A stretch of DNA of 64,000 nucleotides, taken from Lama glama (taxonomy: Eukaryota). The notes beneath the pieces are model-generated. The model was not told where the DNA came from, ran no database searches, and was given only the letters and a program-made list of their open reading frames with translations. The stretch lies in assembly GCA_028534125.1 (NCBI GenBank), contig CM052817.1:7814001-7878000 (forward strand). The letters run 5' to 3'. Each line of letters opens with the position of its first letter. Position 1 is the first letter of the stretch. Positions 52,465 through 63,935 of this stretch are shown here, in pieces. A program made the translations under genes and the position numbers.

Positions 52465-52640
52465 TGAGCACAGTGGTTGCAAAGTCAAACTGACCCGGAT
52501 TTCAGTTCTGCTTATGCATACTAGCTGTGTGACCTTAGGCAAGTTACTTAAGCTCTCTGAACTTAATTCCCTCACCTGTAAAATAAAGATAAAATAGTAC
52601 CTACCTCATTGCTGCCTATCAAACTTATTATTGTAATTAT
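52465..52640 (+). mobile_element. MIR SINE
   Basis: 'ctagctgtgtgaccttaggcaagttacttaagctctctgaacttaattccctcacctgtaaaat'. Confidence 0.9.
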
Positions 52641-53045
52641 TTTTATTACTGCTGCATAAAAGTTCACTCAAGTCCTAAGGAGTGAGGAGACTTAGGAAAA
52701 TCGTAATATTGGATCCAACACAAACTGAAGAGAATTTCAATGAGAACCCTGAAGAAGAACAAACAGTGGTATTTAAAACAGGGTGTTTCGGTTACTTGCT
52801 GTGGTGAAGGAGGGACAGGCAGAGCCAGGATTATGGATTCTTGCTATGAGTCTCCCTGCTTTTTATTGACAGCCAGAGATCCTTCCTTCCACCCTGACCT
52901 CTGTTTTCCTGAATTACAGTGCTGCTCACTACGACACCATCTTGCTCTAACTTGCTTGCACACTCTTCTCCTTTAGTAGACAAGTTCCTTGAGACCAGAG
53001 GCTATGTTTGGTTTCACATATATCTCCAACACCTAGCATAATGTC

Positions 53046-53635
53046 TCTATTAGTCAGAGTTCTCCGGAGAAACAAAACAAATGGGATGTATATGTACATA
53101 GAATATATAGATAAATTAGATACAAATATATAGAGAGAGAGGGAGACAGGATATAGATGAAGGAAGGATGGAAGGAAAGGAAAGGAAAGAAGAAAAGAAA
53201 GGAGGGAGGGAAGGAAGGAAGGAAGGAAGGAAGGAAGGAAGGAAGGAAGGAAGGAAGGAAGGAAGGAAGGAAAGAGGGAGAGAGGGAGAAGCTTATCACA
53301 AAGAATCGGCTCACAGGACTGTGGAGGCCGAGAAGCCCAGACCCGGAGACCCAGTGGTGTAGTTCCAGTCCACGTCCAAGTCCAAACGCTGGAGAAAACT
53401 AAAGTCCCAACTCAAAGACAGGCAGGCCGAGAGAGAGAATTCTTTCTCATTCAGCTTTTTATTCAATTCAGTCCTTCACTGAGCTGGATGAGGTCCACCC
53501 ACACTGGAGAGGGCATACTCAACCTGCCAATTCCAGTGTTACCCAGAAATATCCTCACAGACGTACCCAGAATAATGTTTAACCAAATACTGGAGCACCC
53601 AGTAGTCCACTCGACACAAAAAACTAAGTATCACA
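53046..53635 (-). mobile_element. MLT2B-like LTR, the 3' LTR of the ERV-L provirus; contains a (GGAA)n expansion
   Basis: 'tattagtcagagttctccggagaaac...aataatgtttaaccaaata...tcaca'; adjacent purine-rich tract (reverse complement gacaaggggtggacc) before TGTGA. Confidence 0.9.
53158..53290. repeat. (GGAA)n polypurine microsatellite
   Basis: Directly visible long perfect GGAA run. Confidence 0.97.
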
Positions 53636-54141
53636 GGTCCACCCCTTGTCAACTTGGCACCTGTACGTGTCTCCTTAAACCATATTTAATCTCCAAATAA
53701 AGACACTAAGAAGGCCATAATTCTAACATGATACAGCTATCCTGCCATCAGCTGGAAATGGGCTAATCTTTTCCCCACAAAAAGAGGAAAAGCCCTTGAG
53801 TGGTATTTCATTTTCTCATTGATTTCTTGAAACTTAAATACTATGAGTTAAAATGAACAATAAATACTATGATATAAAGTCAGTACACTTTATGTGACAT
53901 GAGAGAGAAAATAAAGGTATTTGACATATAGATAAATTATAACCAAATAAGGAGGCAATACTCATGGCAATCACAGGCTTCATTTCTGTAACGGGTCATG
54001 CGGCTGTGGTTGTATTTAGAACTACTTTCCTCCACCACCAGTTCTATATTTCCTTTGCCCTCAGGAAGCACCTCAGGGGTCATGGTTCTTTACCTGGTGG
54101 AGTGACCCAAACCTTCATTCCTGAAAACTATCAGCCTTTAA

Positions 54142-54270
54142 GGCGGGAGGGTGTAGCTCAGTGGTAGAGTGCATGCTTAGCATGCACGAGGTCCTCAGTT
54201 CAATCCCCAGCACCTCCTTTAAAAAATTAAATAAATAAACCTACTTACATCTCCCCCTCTTCACCAAAAA
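54142..54270 (+). mobile_element. tRNA-Ala-derived camelid SINE (Vic-1-like) inserted in ERV-L
   Basis: A box 'tagctcagtgg', B box-like 'agttcaatcc', then AT-rich tail 'aaataaataaacctacttac...tccccc'. Confidence 0.88.
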
Positions 54271-57200
54271 GTGATCTTGGCCTCTAGAAGTCCTGCCTGA
54301 ATTGTTAGTTTTCCACGGACCTCAATCTCAGGGCACAGTAGTGCTAAGAAACGCCCTAAGGGATCTCCCACAGTCCAGACATACCCTCCTTTACCTGCAC
54401 TGTGTAGTCATCCAATTTCCCCCTGGTAATGAGGATCAATCAGTCCCCTAGGCAGCACAAGAACTTCCTTTTGTGCTGCTGATTCAGAATCACAAGCAGC
54501 CCAAAGTGGCTGGGTGGCGATTTTAACCTCCATTTCAGTGGAATCATGGGTGTGCCTCTGGGTGGAAGTGTTCCTCTCCCTGAGACTAAGACTGCTAGTC
54601 TAGCAGAGTGCAAGGTCATGGGAACAGTAGGCAGTAATTTTGCTAATGGGTCACTAGGGGTAGTAGTGAGTGGTGCCACTCCCATTTCCACACCTTGATT
54701 CCTGGACCCGTGATTTCTTGCTATGGGAGAAACAGCACCCTATACTTGACTCTGATTCAGCGCACATACAGCCCTCTGGAGAATCCTCCCCAGTCCTAAA
54801 AGGTATCACCACCTAACTAGCACTGTAACTGTATGCTCAGAAGGTCATTCCACCATTCTATCAAACCAGCTGCTCCAGGATGGTGGTGAATCACACGGTA
54901 AGACCACTGAAGTCCATGAACAGGGGCCTACTGCCCCATTTCTTTTGCTGTGAAGTGAGTTCCTTGATCAGAAGCAAAGCTGTGTGGAATGCTGTGATGG
55001 TGAAGAAGGCATTCTATAAATCCACAGATGGTATTTCTGGCAGAAGCACTGAGTGCAGAGGAAGCAAACCCATATCCAGAGTAAATGTCTATTCCAGAAA
55101 GAACAAAATGCTGCCTCTTCCATGATGGAATCGGTCTAATGTAATCAGGCTGCTACCTGGTAGCCGGATGATCATCTGGGGGACTGGTGCCATACTGGTG
55201 ACTCCGTGTTGGTGTCTGCTGTTGACAGATGGGGCTCTCAGTGGTGAGCATAGCCAGGTCAGCCTTGGTGAGTAGAAGTCCATGTTACTGAGCCCATGCA
55301 CAACTTCCGTCTCTGCCACTATGGCCACTTTGCTCATGAGCCACTGGGAGATGATGGGGTGCCTGGGGACAGAGACTGACTAGTATCCACTGAGTGGGTC
55401 ATTTTATCCACTTGATCATTAAAACCTTCCTCTACTGAGGTCACCCTTTGGTGAGCATTCACATGGGACACAGATACCTTCACATTTTTTGCCTGTTCAG
55501 AGAGGTCTATCCACATATCTCTTCCGCAGATTTCCTTGTCACCAATTCTCCAATCATGTGCCTTCCAAGTCCCTGACCAACCAGCCAAACCACTGGCTAC
55601 AACCCATGAATCCATATCTAATAGGCCATCTGGCCATTTCTCCTTCCAAGAAAGTGAATAACCAGAAGCACTGCTCAAAGTTCTGTCCACTGAGAGACTT
55701 TCCCTTCAGCAGTGTCCCTCAGGGATGTCCCAGAAAGGGGTGTAGCGCTGCACCCGTGCACTTCCAGGCACCTGCCCAGCATACAGGGCCATCTGTAAAC
55801 TAAGAAGGGAAGACTCTTCCCTTCCTCTGTCCAGCTGATTACAAGGAAATCCCCATGAGGCCATGGGTGCAGACTGGGAGAGGGAAGGCAGCTTGGCAGG
55901 AGTGGGGACCATGGGCATTTGGTCACTTCTTGAAACTTACCATGCCTCAAGCGGGACTGCTGAGGGCCAGTCATATTCATACTACTTCCACTTGATGAGG
56001 GGGTGTCGTCTCTGCATACCCAGCTTCACGGTTTGGTGAGTCAGAGAACACTCAGTTTACAAAGGGCAGCTCAAGTCACATGGTGACTTGGTGGTACATG
56101 GCTAAGCATTCAGTCTGGTAAGGCCCAGTATAAGGCCAAGAGCTGTCTCTCCAGCGGACCATGGTTACCGTGGAGGGTGGCAGGGCTCTGCTCTAAAAGC
56201 CTAGCGTCTGTGCTGTGATTCACCTGCAGGGGCTGCCAAAGGCTCCCAACAGCACCGTACTCGGCCACTGTCAGAATGGCTAGATTGCAGGACCCAAACA
56301 GCAAAGCACAGCCGTCTGGACCTGTTGAAGAACCTTCTCTTGTCCTGAGCCCCACTCAGAACCAGCAGCCGTTCCAGTCACTCGGTAATGGGCCAGAGTA
56401 ACACACCCAAAGGAGGCATGTGTGTTATGAAGCACTGTGTCCCTTTTTCAGTTGTAGGAAGAACCAGATGCAACAACTGTCTTTCAGCTTAGAAGGGATA
56501 TCTTGGCCCCTACATCACTAGACATGTAGAAATTTCAATGACATAGAAGGCTCTTGATTTCTGTTGTGTTCATTTCCCACCCTCTGACATGCAAATGTCT
56601 TACCAGTTAGTCTAGAGTAGTTGCTGCCTCCTGCTCACAATGCCATCAATGTAAGGGGTCACTGTGATACCCTGTGGAAGGGAAAGGTGATCAAGAGCCC
56701 CGGGGGCAAGGAAAAAAAAGAGCCCTAAAAACTAAATTATGACACAGAGCTGGAGAGTTGACGTGCCCCTGAGGTAGCACAGCGACAGTATATTTATTGC
56801 TGGGCTTGTTAACTGAAAGAAACTGCTTTTGGTGGTCTGCACTAACAGGTATCAAAAAGCAAAAGTGATTTGCCAGATCAATCACTACATACCAGACACC
56901 AGGGGATGTGTTAATTTGCTCAAGCAGAGAAACCACATCTGGTACAGCAGCGGCAGCTGGAGTCACCACCTGGCTGGGCTTACTATAATCCACTGTCATT
57001 CCCCAAGACCCACCTGTCTTCTGTGCAGGCCAAGCAGATGCGCTGAATGGGGATTTGGTGGAAATCACCACGCTGCCTCTTCCTAATCTTTGATGGTGTC
57101 ACTAATCCCTGTAATACCTCCAGGAATTTGCTCTTGTTTTTGGTTTGCTGTTTTCCTAGATACATGCAGTTCGAATGGCCTCTGCATCCCACTGGAACAG

Positions 57201-57912
57201 CCCTCATTCCACAGGTCAGGAAATCAGCGTGGGGATTCTGCCAGCTGTCAACCGTATAACTGCCTATTCTAATTCTGCCTCCAGAACAGGAGAAAAAAGC
57301 ACAGGGTGGGCTTAGGAATCACTGATCCCACTGTGAGGTGGGCCTGACCTACAATTCCACTCATCCCCTGATCTCCATAAACTTCTACTCTGACTGGTAG
57401 ACAGAGGTGACAGTTCCAGGCCAGTATCCAGTAGCTCCTGAAAGTCCTGATTATGTCCTTTTCCCCAATGCAGCTGCCCTGGTGAAAGGTGGCAGGTCCA
57501 TTTGGGGAAGCCTGGGAGGAAGATTAACAGTATAAATTTTTGGCAGAGTGCTGGGGTCCTTCCTCAAGGGGAACCAGTCTCCCCTTCATTCAAGTTGTTC
57601 TGGGTCTGTAAACTGGCTCAAACCTGGAAATTGACTGAAGGGTCATGCCTTTACGTCTTTATGATTCAAGTTAGACTTTTGTTCACCTGGGGCCTAGAAC
57701 TTTTCTGCTTATACAGATCAGTGAGAATTGGTAAGCTTCCTGTGTATCTCACTTCTAGTCACACTGTGATCAGTCAGCCAACACCAGAGAGCTCTGTGAA
57801 TCAGGCTATTCTAATCGCTGCTTTGACCCTACTGTCCATGACAGTTACCACGCCCACCTTGACTTCTGTGGCTGAACACCATTGCTCGGCCCGTCACTCC
57901 AGGATCCAACTA

Positions 57913-58136
57913 TAGTCAACCTTTGAACAACACAGGTTTGAATTACACAGGCTCACTTATATGTGACTTTTTCTTCTTTCAATAAATACAATACTACATG
58001 ATCTGTGGTTGGTTGAATCCAAGGATGAGGAGCTGCCAATACAGAGGGCCAAGTACGGGTCTTGAGCATCCTCAGGTTTTTGGGGATGCTTGGTTGGCCC
58101 TGGAAGCACTGCCCTGTGGATACTGAGGGACAACTG
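57913..58136. mobile_element. Tigger2/MER8-type Tc1-mariner MITE inserted in ERV-L gag
   Basis: Ends 'tagtcaacctttgaacaacacaggtttgaa' and 'ggatactgagggacaactg' with TA duplications at 57911-57912 and 58137-58138. Confidence 0.88.
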
Positions 58137-59561
58137 TACCCCGACTGCAGTTAGATTTCCCAATTCAGCGACTACTGTCCCCACTGCAAGGTCTGGTCTG
58201 CAGAGAAGAGTGGTCACAGAGCTCTGTAAGGACACCAGGGCCCCCCTCACAAATCTATGTTCAAAGTATCAGTCAGAGCCATGTCTTCTGCACCCTCCAA
58301 GTGTGGCTGAGTAGGTCTTAAATAACAAATCCACTCTAACACAAACTGTCCCTAAGCCTCTGAACCCCTTCATATACATTAAACCATAGAAGGGCTAGCA
58401 TTTCTCATTTTCCCACCATAGGCCACATTTTTCATGTCCGTGTTTCAGCCAATCAACCAAACGAACTGTTCGAGCTCTTTCTAGCTCCCTGAGCCACAGC
58501 ATTACGTGCAGGACCTGTGCTTCGAGAGCCCACATCAGTTAGCTCAGCCTGATTTGACTTTACGGTCCTGCTACCTTTATCCCACAGCCTTAATATCCAT
58601 TCTCACATGTGGCCCCACACTTATGTCTGCATAAATTAGAAAAGTCAAGTAGTTCTTTGGATGTGTAACACACCTCCTTATGGGTCACACTTTGTACCTC
58701 ATCTTTAGGGGTCTTCTGGGACTTGAGTCTAGCTATGGGTCTAAAGCAAAGAGGAGCAGTGGGGGGGGGGTCCTGAGGAAAACCAGCATTGTCTTGCACG
58801 ATGATTATCACAATTTCAGGAAAGAGTTCACAGAGGCTGACTTGGGTGCAAGGAGCTGCCCAAAATCTCCCAGAGAGAAGGTGTTAGAGCTAGGACAGCA
58901 AACTCCTTTGTGCATCTCCTTATCCGGAGATCTTTCATAGCACTTTCCTTCCTCCTTTCCTCCCTCCCTCCCTTCCTTCTGTCTAAATGTCCAGGGCTGG
59001 AATCTGAGAAGGTGGGGAGGACCTACTTCCAAAAAGATGGTATTGGAAGTGGGGAGGCTGAAAGAGGGCAGGAAAGAGGTGGGGGAGCACACACAGGCAG
59101 CCCCGACTCAGACTAGGACCACTGATCTCCACTACGTGACCGATCTGTGGCTCGCGTGCTTAATGGATCAAATCAGAATTCTAGCCCTGCTCCATCAAAA
59201 TCGATTGCAAATGTTCATCTGTGCCTGCTGATCTGTAATGGTATGTGATGTATTTCATCTTTGAAAAAGTCCACTGCTTTTCATTTTTTTTTCCACCATC
59301 TAAAAATGTAAAAAAATATTCTTAGCTCTTGGACCATACAAATCCAGGCAGGGAGTGCCCCCCACTGCCTCCCTGCAAAGTTGGCCAATCTCTGCAATAT
59401 AGTTACAGAGTCCGTCTTGTCTCAGCCAGGTTGCTAGATGGTTATTTCCTGCTAGATGCCAGGATGGAATGCTGGCACAGTCACCACCAGCTCCAGGTGC
59501 TGTTTCCTTTCTAAGTAAGCAAGCTTAGTAAGCAACTTTAATAACTACTATTTATTTAGAC

Positions 59562-59664
59562 AGAAGGAAGGAAGGAACGGAGGGAGGAAGGGAGGGAGGG
59601 AAGGAGGAAGGAAAGAAGGAGGGAGGGAAGAGGGGGAAGGGAGGGAGGAAGGAAAGAAAGGAAA
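59562..59664. repeat. (GGAA/GGGA)n polypurine tract
   Basis: Directly visible. Confidence 0.95.
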
Positions 59665-59674
59665 AAATATTTCA

Positions 59675-59900
59675 AAAAGCCTACTATGTTGCTGGCTCTG
59701 TGCTACATATTGTATATATATATTACCTCATTTAATCCTAATAACCCTATAAAGTATGTGTTATTATCCCATTGTACAGGTAAGAAAAATAAAGCTCAGA
59801 GAGGTTAAGTGGTTGCCCTCAAGTCACAGAGCAAATGAGTGGCAGAGACCAGCTCCCCACCCAGACACATTTAACTCAGAAGCCCTGGGTCCTTTCCACC
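59675..59900 (-). mobile_element. MIR SINE
   Basis: 'ctcatttaatcctaataaccctat...gctcagagaggttaagtggttgccc'. Confidence 0.9.
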
Positions 59901-59933
59901 TTTTCCTGTTTCCCTGGAATCAAACTTACAACC

Positions 59934-60434
59934 AGTGAATGAAAAATACTGCAAACCAAATCAGTAAACAAAGAATGCTGAAGCCATCAAGTCCTCAGCG
60001 GGTACCGCCACCCCCCAGTGAGGACAAGCCTGCAGCCCAGCCTCTGCAGCCACTCACGGTGGTGCCCTCTGAGGGGACTCAGAATAAGAAAGGACAGGAG
60101 ACTGGTCCCAGATAGCTAGGTGCTTGTCAAAGGAATGAATTCAATGAGCCCAAATGTTGGCTCCCTCCCATACATAGAAAAGCACTAAATTCTTTAACTT
60201 CTTGAGATGCCTGGTTTTCTTTAGTTAACTAGTAAACCTTTAATGTTCCAACTACCTGCTCTTTGTTGTGAAACTCCTACATATCCTAGCTCCTCCCCTA
60301 CCTCTTCGGAGCTGTCCTTCAGAGCCATCTAGGAGGCTGTCATCCCGGGCTCGAAGGGGTTCGAGTCTTCAGAAATGTCCGCCAAATAAAACATAACTCT
60401 CAACTTTCAGGCTGTGCATTTATTTCCAGCGACA
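59934..60434 (+). mobile_element. Cetartiodactyl ERV1-class solo LTR (MER41-like family)
   Basis: AATAAA near 60385, end 'ctctcaactttcaggctgtgcatttatttccagcgaca'; 4-bp AACC at 59930-59933 and 60435-60438; 5' dinucleotide is AG rather than TG. Confidence 0.75.
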
Positions 60435-60659
60435 AACCCCAAATGCAAGTCCTCACTGTTGTTGTCTTCTTGTTTGTTTGTTTGTTTTTGGAGATTTTTA
60501 TAGATAAGCTCATTTCAGTAGAGGCCACACCTGGGCTCATCCAGTATTTTCCTGGAAAACCAGGAGAAAAAAATAACATTTTCAAGTTCAAGCAGCTTCC
60601 TGGCACTGGGAAGTGTTTGAGAAGAAAGGGCTCTTTGTCCCTGGTGTTGCACCATGGAC

Positions 60660-61260
60660 GTAATCTCATTTTCAGCTAATCAATTCATATACAGTAAAAA
60701 GCCTAATGTGATTCCTCATTAGCTGAGGACCATAAAGAAACGGGTTCCGAGGCTGCACTAAATCCCAAAATGGCTGGCACCTCCCGCTCGGCGATTATCA
60801 AATTGGCTGGCATTAATCATTTTTAATGGCCAATTTGTGTTTTTTTTTACTTAAAAAAAATGGGGAGGGGGAAGACTTGTCTGATGATTGTAAAAAAAAA
60901 AAACAAGCAGGTCTAGTAAAATCTTATTTAAAAAAAAAAGTGGGAGAGAATTAATCAGGGGGGAGGGATGGAAAAAACGGAGAAGCTTGAATCACCTTTG
61001 TCAGGTATGTAGCTTGGGACCAGCAAAACAGACCGTGGAGAGGCCTTTCAGCAGAGGCCTGCAGGGGGGGGGGCTGTCAATGGCCCCTTTATTTGTGAAA
61101 GATGGATTATTTTAAATAAATTACAGAGCACTTTCGCTGAATAAACAGCGTCTCGGTGGCTGTGGTGTGCTGCACATGCTTAATTGCGCCACAGAAAATC
61201 CTAAATGACTCTTGAGCCTGGGGCCAGGCTTTGAGTTTGCTATCAGAAAAAAAGGACCTG
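60660..61260. promoter_or_regulatory. Candidate conserved non-coding element / enhancer
   Basis: No recognisable repeat; dense TAAT/ATTA, CCTTTGT, TGTCA and ATAAACA motifs; several retained CpGs. Conservation not tested. Confidence 0.45.
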
Positions 61261-62648
61261 AGGACTCAGGTCGGGGCCCAGGGGGTTTGGGGCCGAAAGG
61301 CAGTGCCATAGAGAAGCCTAATCGGGACTATATGCTTGTAACAGTTCGGAAAACCACAGAGATGGAGGATTCCCAAAACTGCACAAGGCTCCTCAGAAGT
61401 GAGCCATCTGCGTGTCATTTTTATTTGCGTTTGATATGTTAAATGCCCCCCGATGTTCATGGCGTGGAAGCCCACTCAAACGTCGCAAAGATTCCTTGGC
61501 TAAAGCAAGAGGACACGCTCCCTCCTTAGCTACCGGCCCCCAACACACACCCCGCCCCCTCCTTCCCTCCGTAGACCCTGTTACTGTCCCTTCTTTGACC
61601 AGAAGGTTTACCGTGAGAATTGCACCTAAATAGAGAGTTTTAGATTCTTTTTAAGAATCTCAGTACAATCTGACCTTGTTTTAGGAACAGGTTAAAGTGA
61701 TTTATTATGTGAGGACCCGGAGTGAGTACAGGCGGGAGTTAGGCTAATGCTGGAAGCAGGAAAGGGCATTTGAGCCCCTTCCCAAGGAACCTGGCCTCGG
61801 GCAGGGAGCCGGAATCAAGAGATGATGAAGAGCTCGGAGCGCAAGCAAATCAAGTCAGGAGAACAGGTACCGCTATGTTTTGTGGGAGGCATGGGGTATT
61901 AATTTTGACAGCTGGTATTACAGAAAGTAAAATGACTCTCATTTGCTAATATCCCCCAAATTGAATTGCAACAAGCAAGCAGCTACCAGTCTCCTTGATG
62001 AACAGCAATCAAGAAAAAAAAAAAAGAAGGAGGAGAATATAGTCAAGCCTCACAAAAATCATAGAATCTGGGCTTTCTCTGGAGAATTTCAACACATACT
62101 ACTTTAATAAGGGACTTACCACCCTCCCCCAAATGGAGCTGTGAAATTCTTCCCCAAAGCTGACACAATTAATTGCATTTGCAGTTAACACAATTAAAGT
62201 GTAACTGAAAGACTGGCCTGCACCTCATAAATCTCAGATGTTAAGAGGGATAATCAAGTTGATAAATCACTGGGTTGTACCACCTGAGAAAGTATATAAA
62301 GGTCCAAGATCGTGGGAAAGGATGAGGCATTAATGAGGGATAACAAGGTAGACAAGCAACCTTAACTGAGATGTCACATTCTGAGACTTCTCCTGATTGT
62401 TTAATTTTGCATAGAATTGAGCAAACTGCTTAAAAGATGTTCATTTTGAACCTGCTGTTGACTGACTCCCTCAGAAGACGGTCAGCCAACTCCAACTCAG
62501 TATGTCAGCTGTGAGCGCTTCATCTTTCTTCCATATATCAGTAGGGCTGAGTTGTTAATAGTGTGCCTATACTCAGACTTCCAGTGAGGTGGGAAAAGAG
62601 GACATACACAAAAGAAAAATCAATCCTTCCAAAAGGGTGCCAGTCAGA

Positions 62649-62788
62649 GGGGGCAGGTTTAGCTCAATTGGTAGAGCACATGCTTAGCATGCACAAGGTC
62701 CTGGGTTCAATCCCCAGCACCTCCATTAAGTAAATAAATAAACAAGCCTAATTACCTCCCTCCTCAAAAAATAAAAAGTACTTTTTTA
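62649..62788 (+). mobile_element. tRNA-Ala-derived camelid SINE (Vic-1-like) with 18-bp TSD
   Basis: A box 'tagctcaattgg', B box 'ggttcaatcc'; TSD aaaagggtgccagtcaga (62631-62648) / aaaagggtgtcagtcaga (62789-62806). Confidence 0.92.
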
Positions 62789-63439
62789 AAAAGGGTGTCA
62801 GTCAGAAACTGTAAAATCTGTAAAATGGGTATAACCCTGGATACTTCAATTTTCTGAGAATTAGGTTGTTGTGTACAACTGAGGAGAATACAACCCAATT
62901 CAATATTCAAAATGTTATTTTGAGGATTAAGGACAAAACAATACAGTAAAATCTCTAATAGTAGGTGCACAATAAACATCCAGATTTTTTTAAAGAAAAT
63001 AAATGCCACAGGGGTAAAAGGAAAGTGTGTTTGGTAGCTGAGACATGTCTTATTCAGAATGAAGGAAAAAAGAAAAGTGAAGGGAACTAAGTGATGATGT
63101 GGCAACAACTTGCTTCCAGATCAGAGAAGATCTTAAAGGCTGCACTGTGGACTCTGTCCTGACAGCAAAGAGGAGCTGTGGATGGATCTTAAATTTGGCA
63201 GGGAGTCGTATTACCAAAGCTGATATTATGACAGGGATCAGCCCTGTACCAAAAGGAAAAAAGGATGCGAAGTGGGAGCAGAGACTACAGGCTGCAGCTG
63301 TGGAGACATGAATGCACAACCGGATGGGGCATTTTCAATGCAACTAAAAATGAGAGAACAAGAAACAACAGAGGTAAAGGACACAGGAAAGTCAAATCTT
63401 AATTTGAAATGTGAGGCCCAGGAAGTTGGGAGAACTCAT

Positions 63440-63935
63440 TCGTTTACTCATTTATTGATGGTTTCAAAATAAATTTAATAAGCACTTATTATTGCCAGAT
63501 ACTGTGCTAGAGAATATAAACAAAAGAATAGGCTGACAGTCATGCAAATAAATAAATACAGCATATGTCTTATAATCAGCATATACATAACAGCACACAA
63601 AGAAAATACAAATGTGGCCATACTGAATTCTGGAAAGTTAGGATAAGCCCCCAGAGGTAAGGTGATTTTGGAGCTGAATCTAAATTCCCTAGACAGAAAA
63701 GCAAGGAACAGCATCCAGGCAAAAAGAACAGCATGTACAAGAACATGGAGACGTGAACTTGAATGCTACATTTGAGAAACATGCTAAAGTTCAGGATAGT
63801 TGGATTTTAGTTGTATGGTCAGGAAAATGAAGCTAGAGAGGTCAGTGGAGGCCAAATCATGAAGGTTCTTATGCATCAAGACAAAGAGTTTACATTTTAC
63901 CCCACAGATCACAAGAAAGCTAATAAAGGCTTTCA
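63440..63935 (-). mobile_element. L2 LINE 3' region
   Basis: 'agcacttattattgccagatactgtgctag', 'gcatccaggcaaaaagaacagcatgtacaag', 'ggccaaatcatgaaggttctt'. Confidence 0.8.

Larger units (their letters stand above)
53636..58805 (-). mobile_element. Degraded ERV-L internal region (gag-pro-pol-dUTPase), 5'-truncated
   Basis: Minus ORF fragments: RT 'KTGGSWGMTVDYSKPSQVVTPAAAAVPDVVSLLEQIN...LPQGHVNSPALCHNLV' (56691-57071), RNase H 'DSWVVASGLAGWSGTWK...VSHVNAHQR' (55334-55690), dUTPase 'LPPRGTPMIPLKWRLKSPPSHFGLL' (54440-54691), gag 'PQDPPPT...RPIARLKSQ' (58590-58811); many stops and frameshifts. Confidence 0.95.

Noticed and set aside
53054..53402. Repetitive ORFs (EGRK)n and (PSFL)n
   Set aside because: Translations of the (GGAA)n microsatellite.
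54142..54220. tRNA-Ala gene (also 62649-62725)
   Set aside because: The tRNA-like head continues into a shared SINE tail, and the second copy has an 18-bp TSD; these are SINEs, not tRNA genes.
54440..58811. Domesticated or intact retroviral gag/pol/dUTPase gene
   Set aside because: Fragments are short, frameshifted, stop-ridden and interrupted by a MITE.
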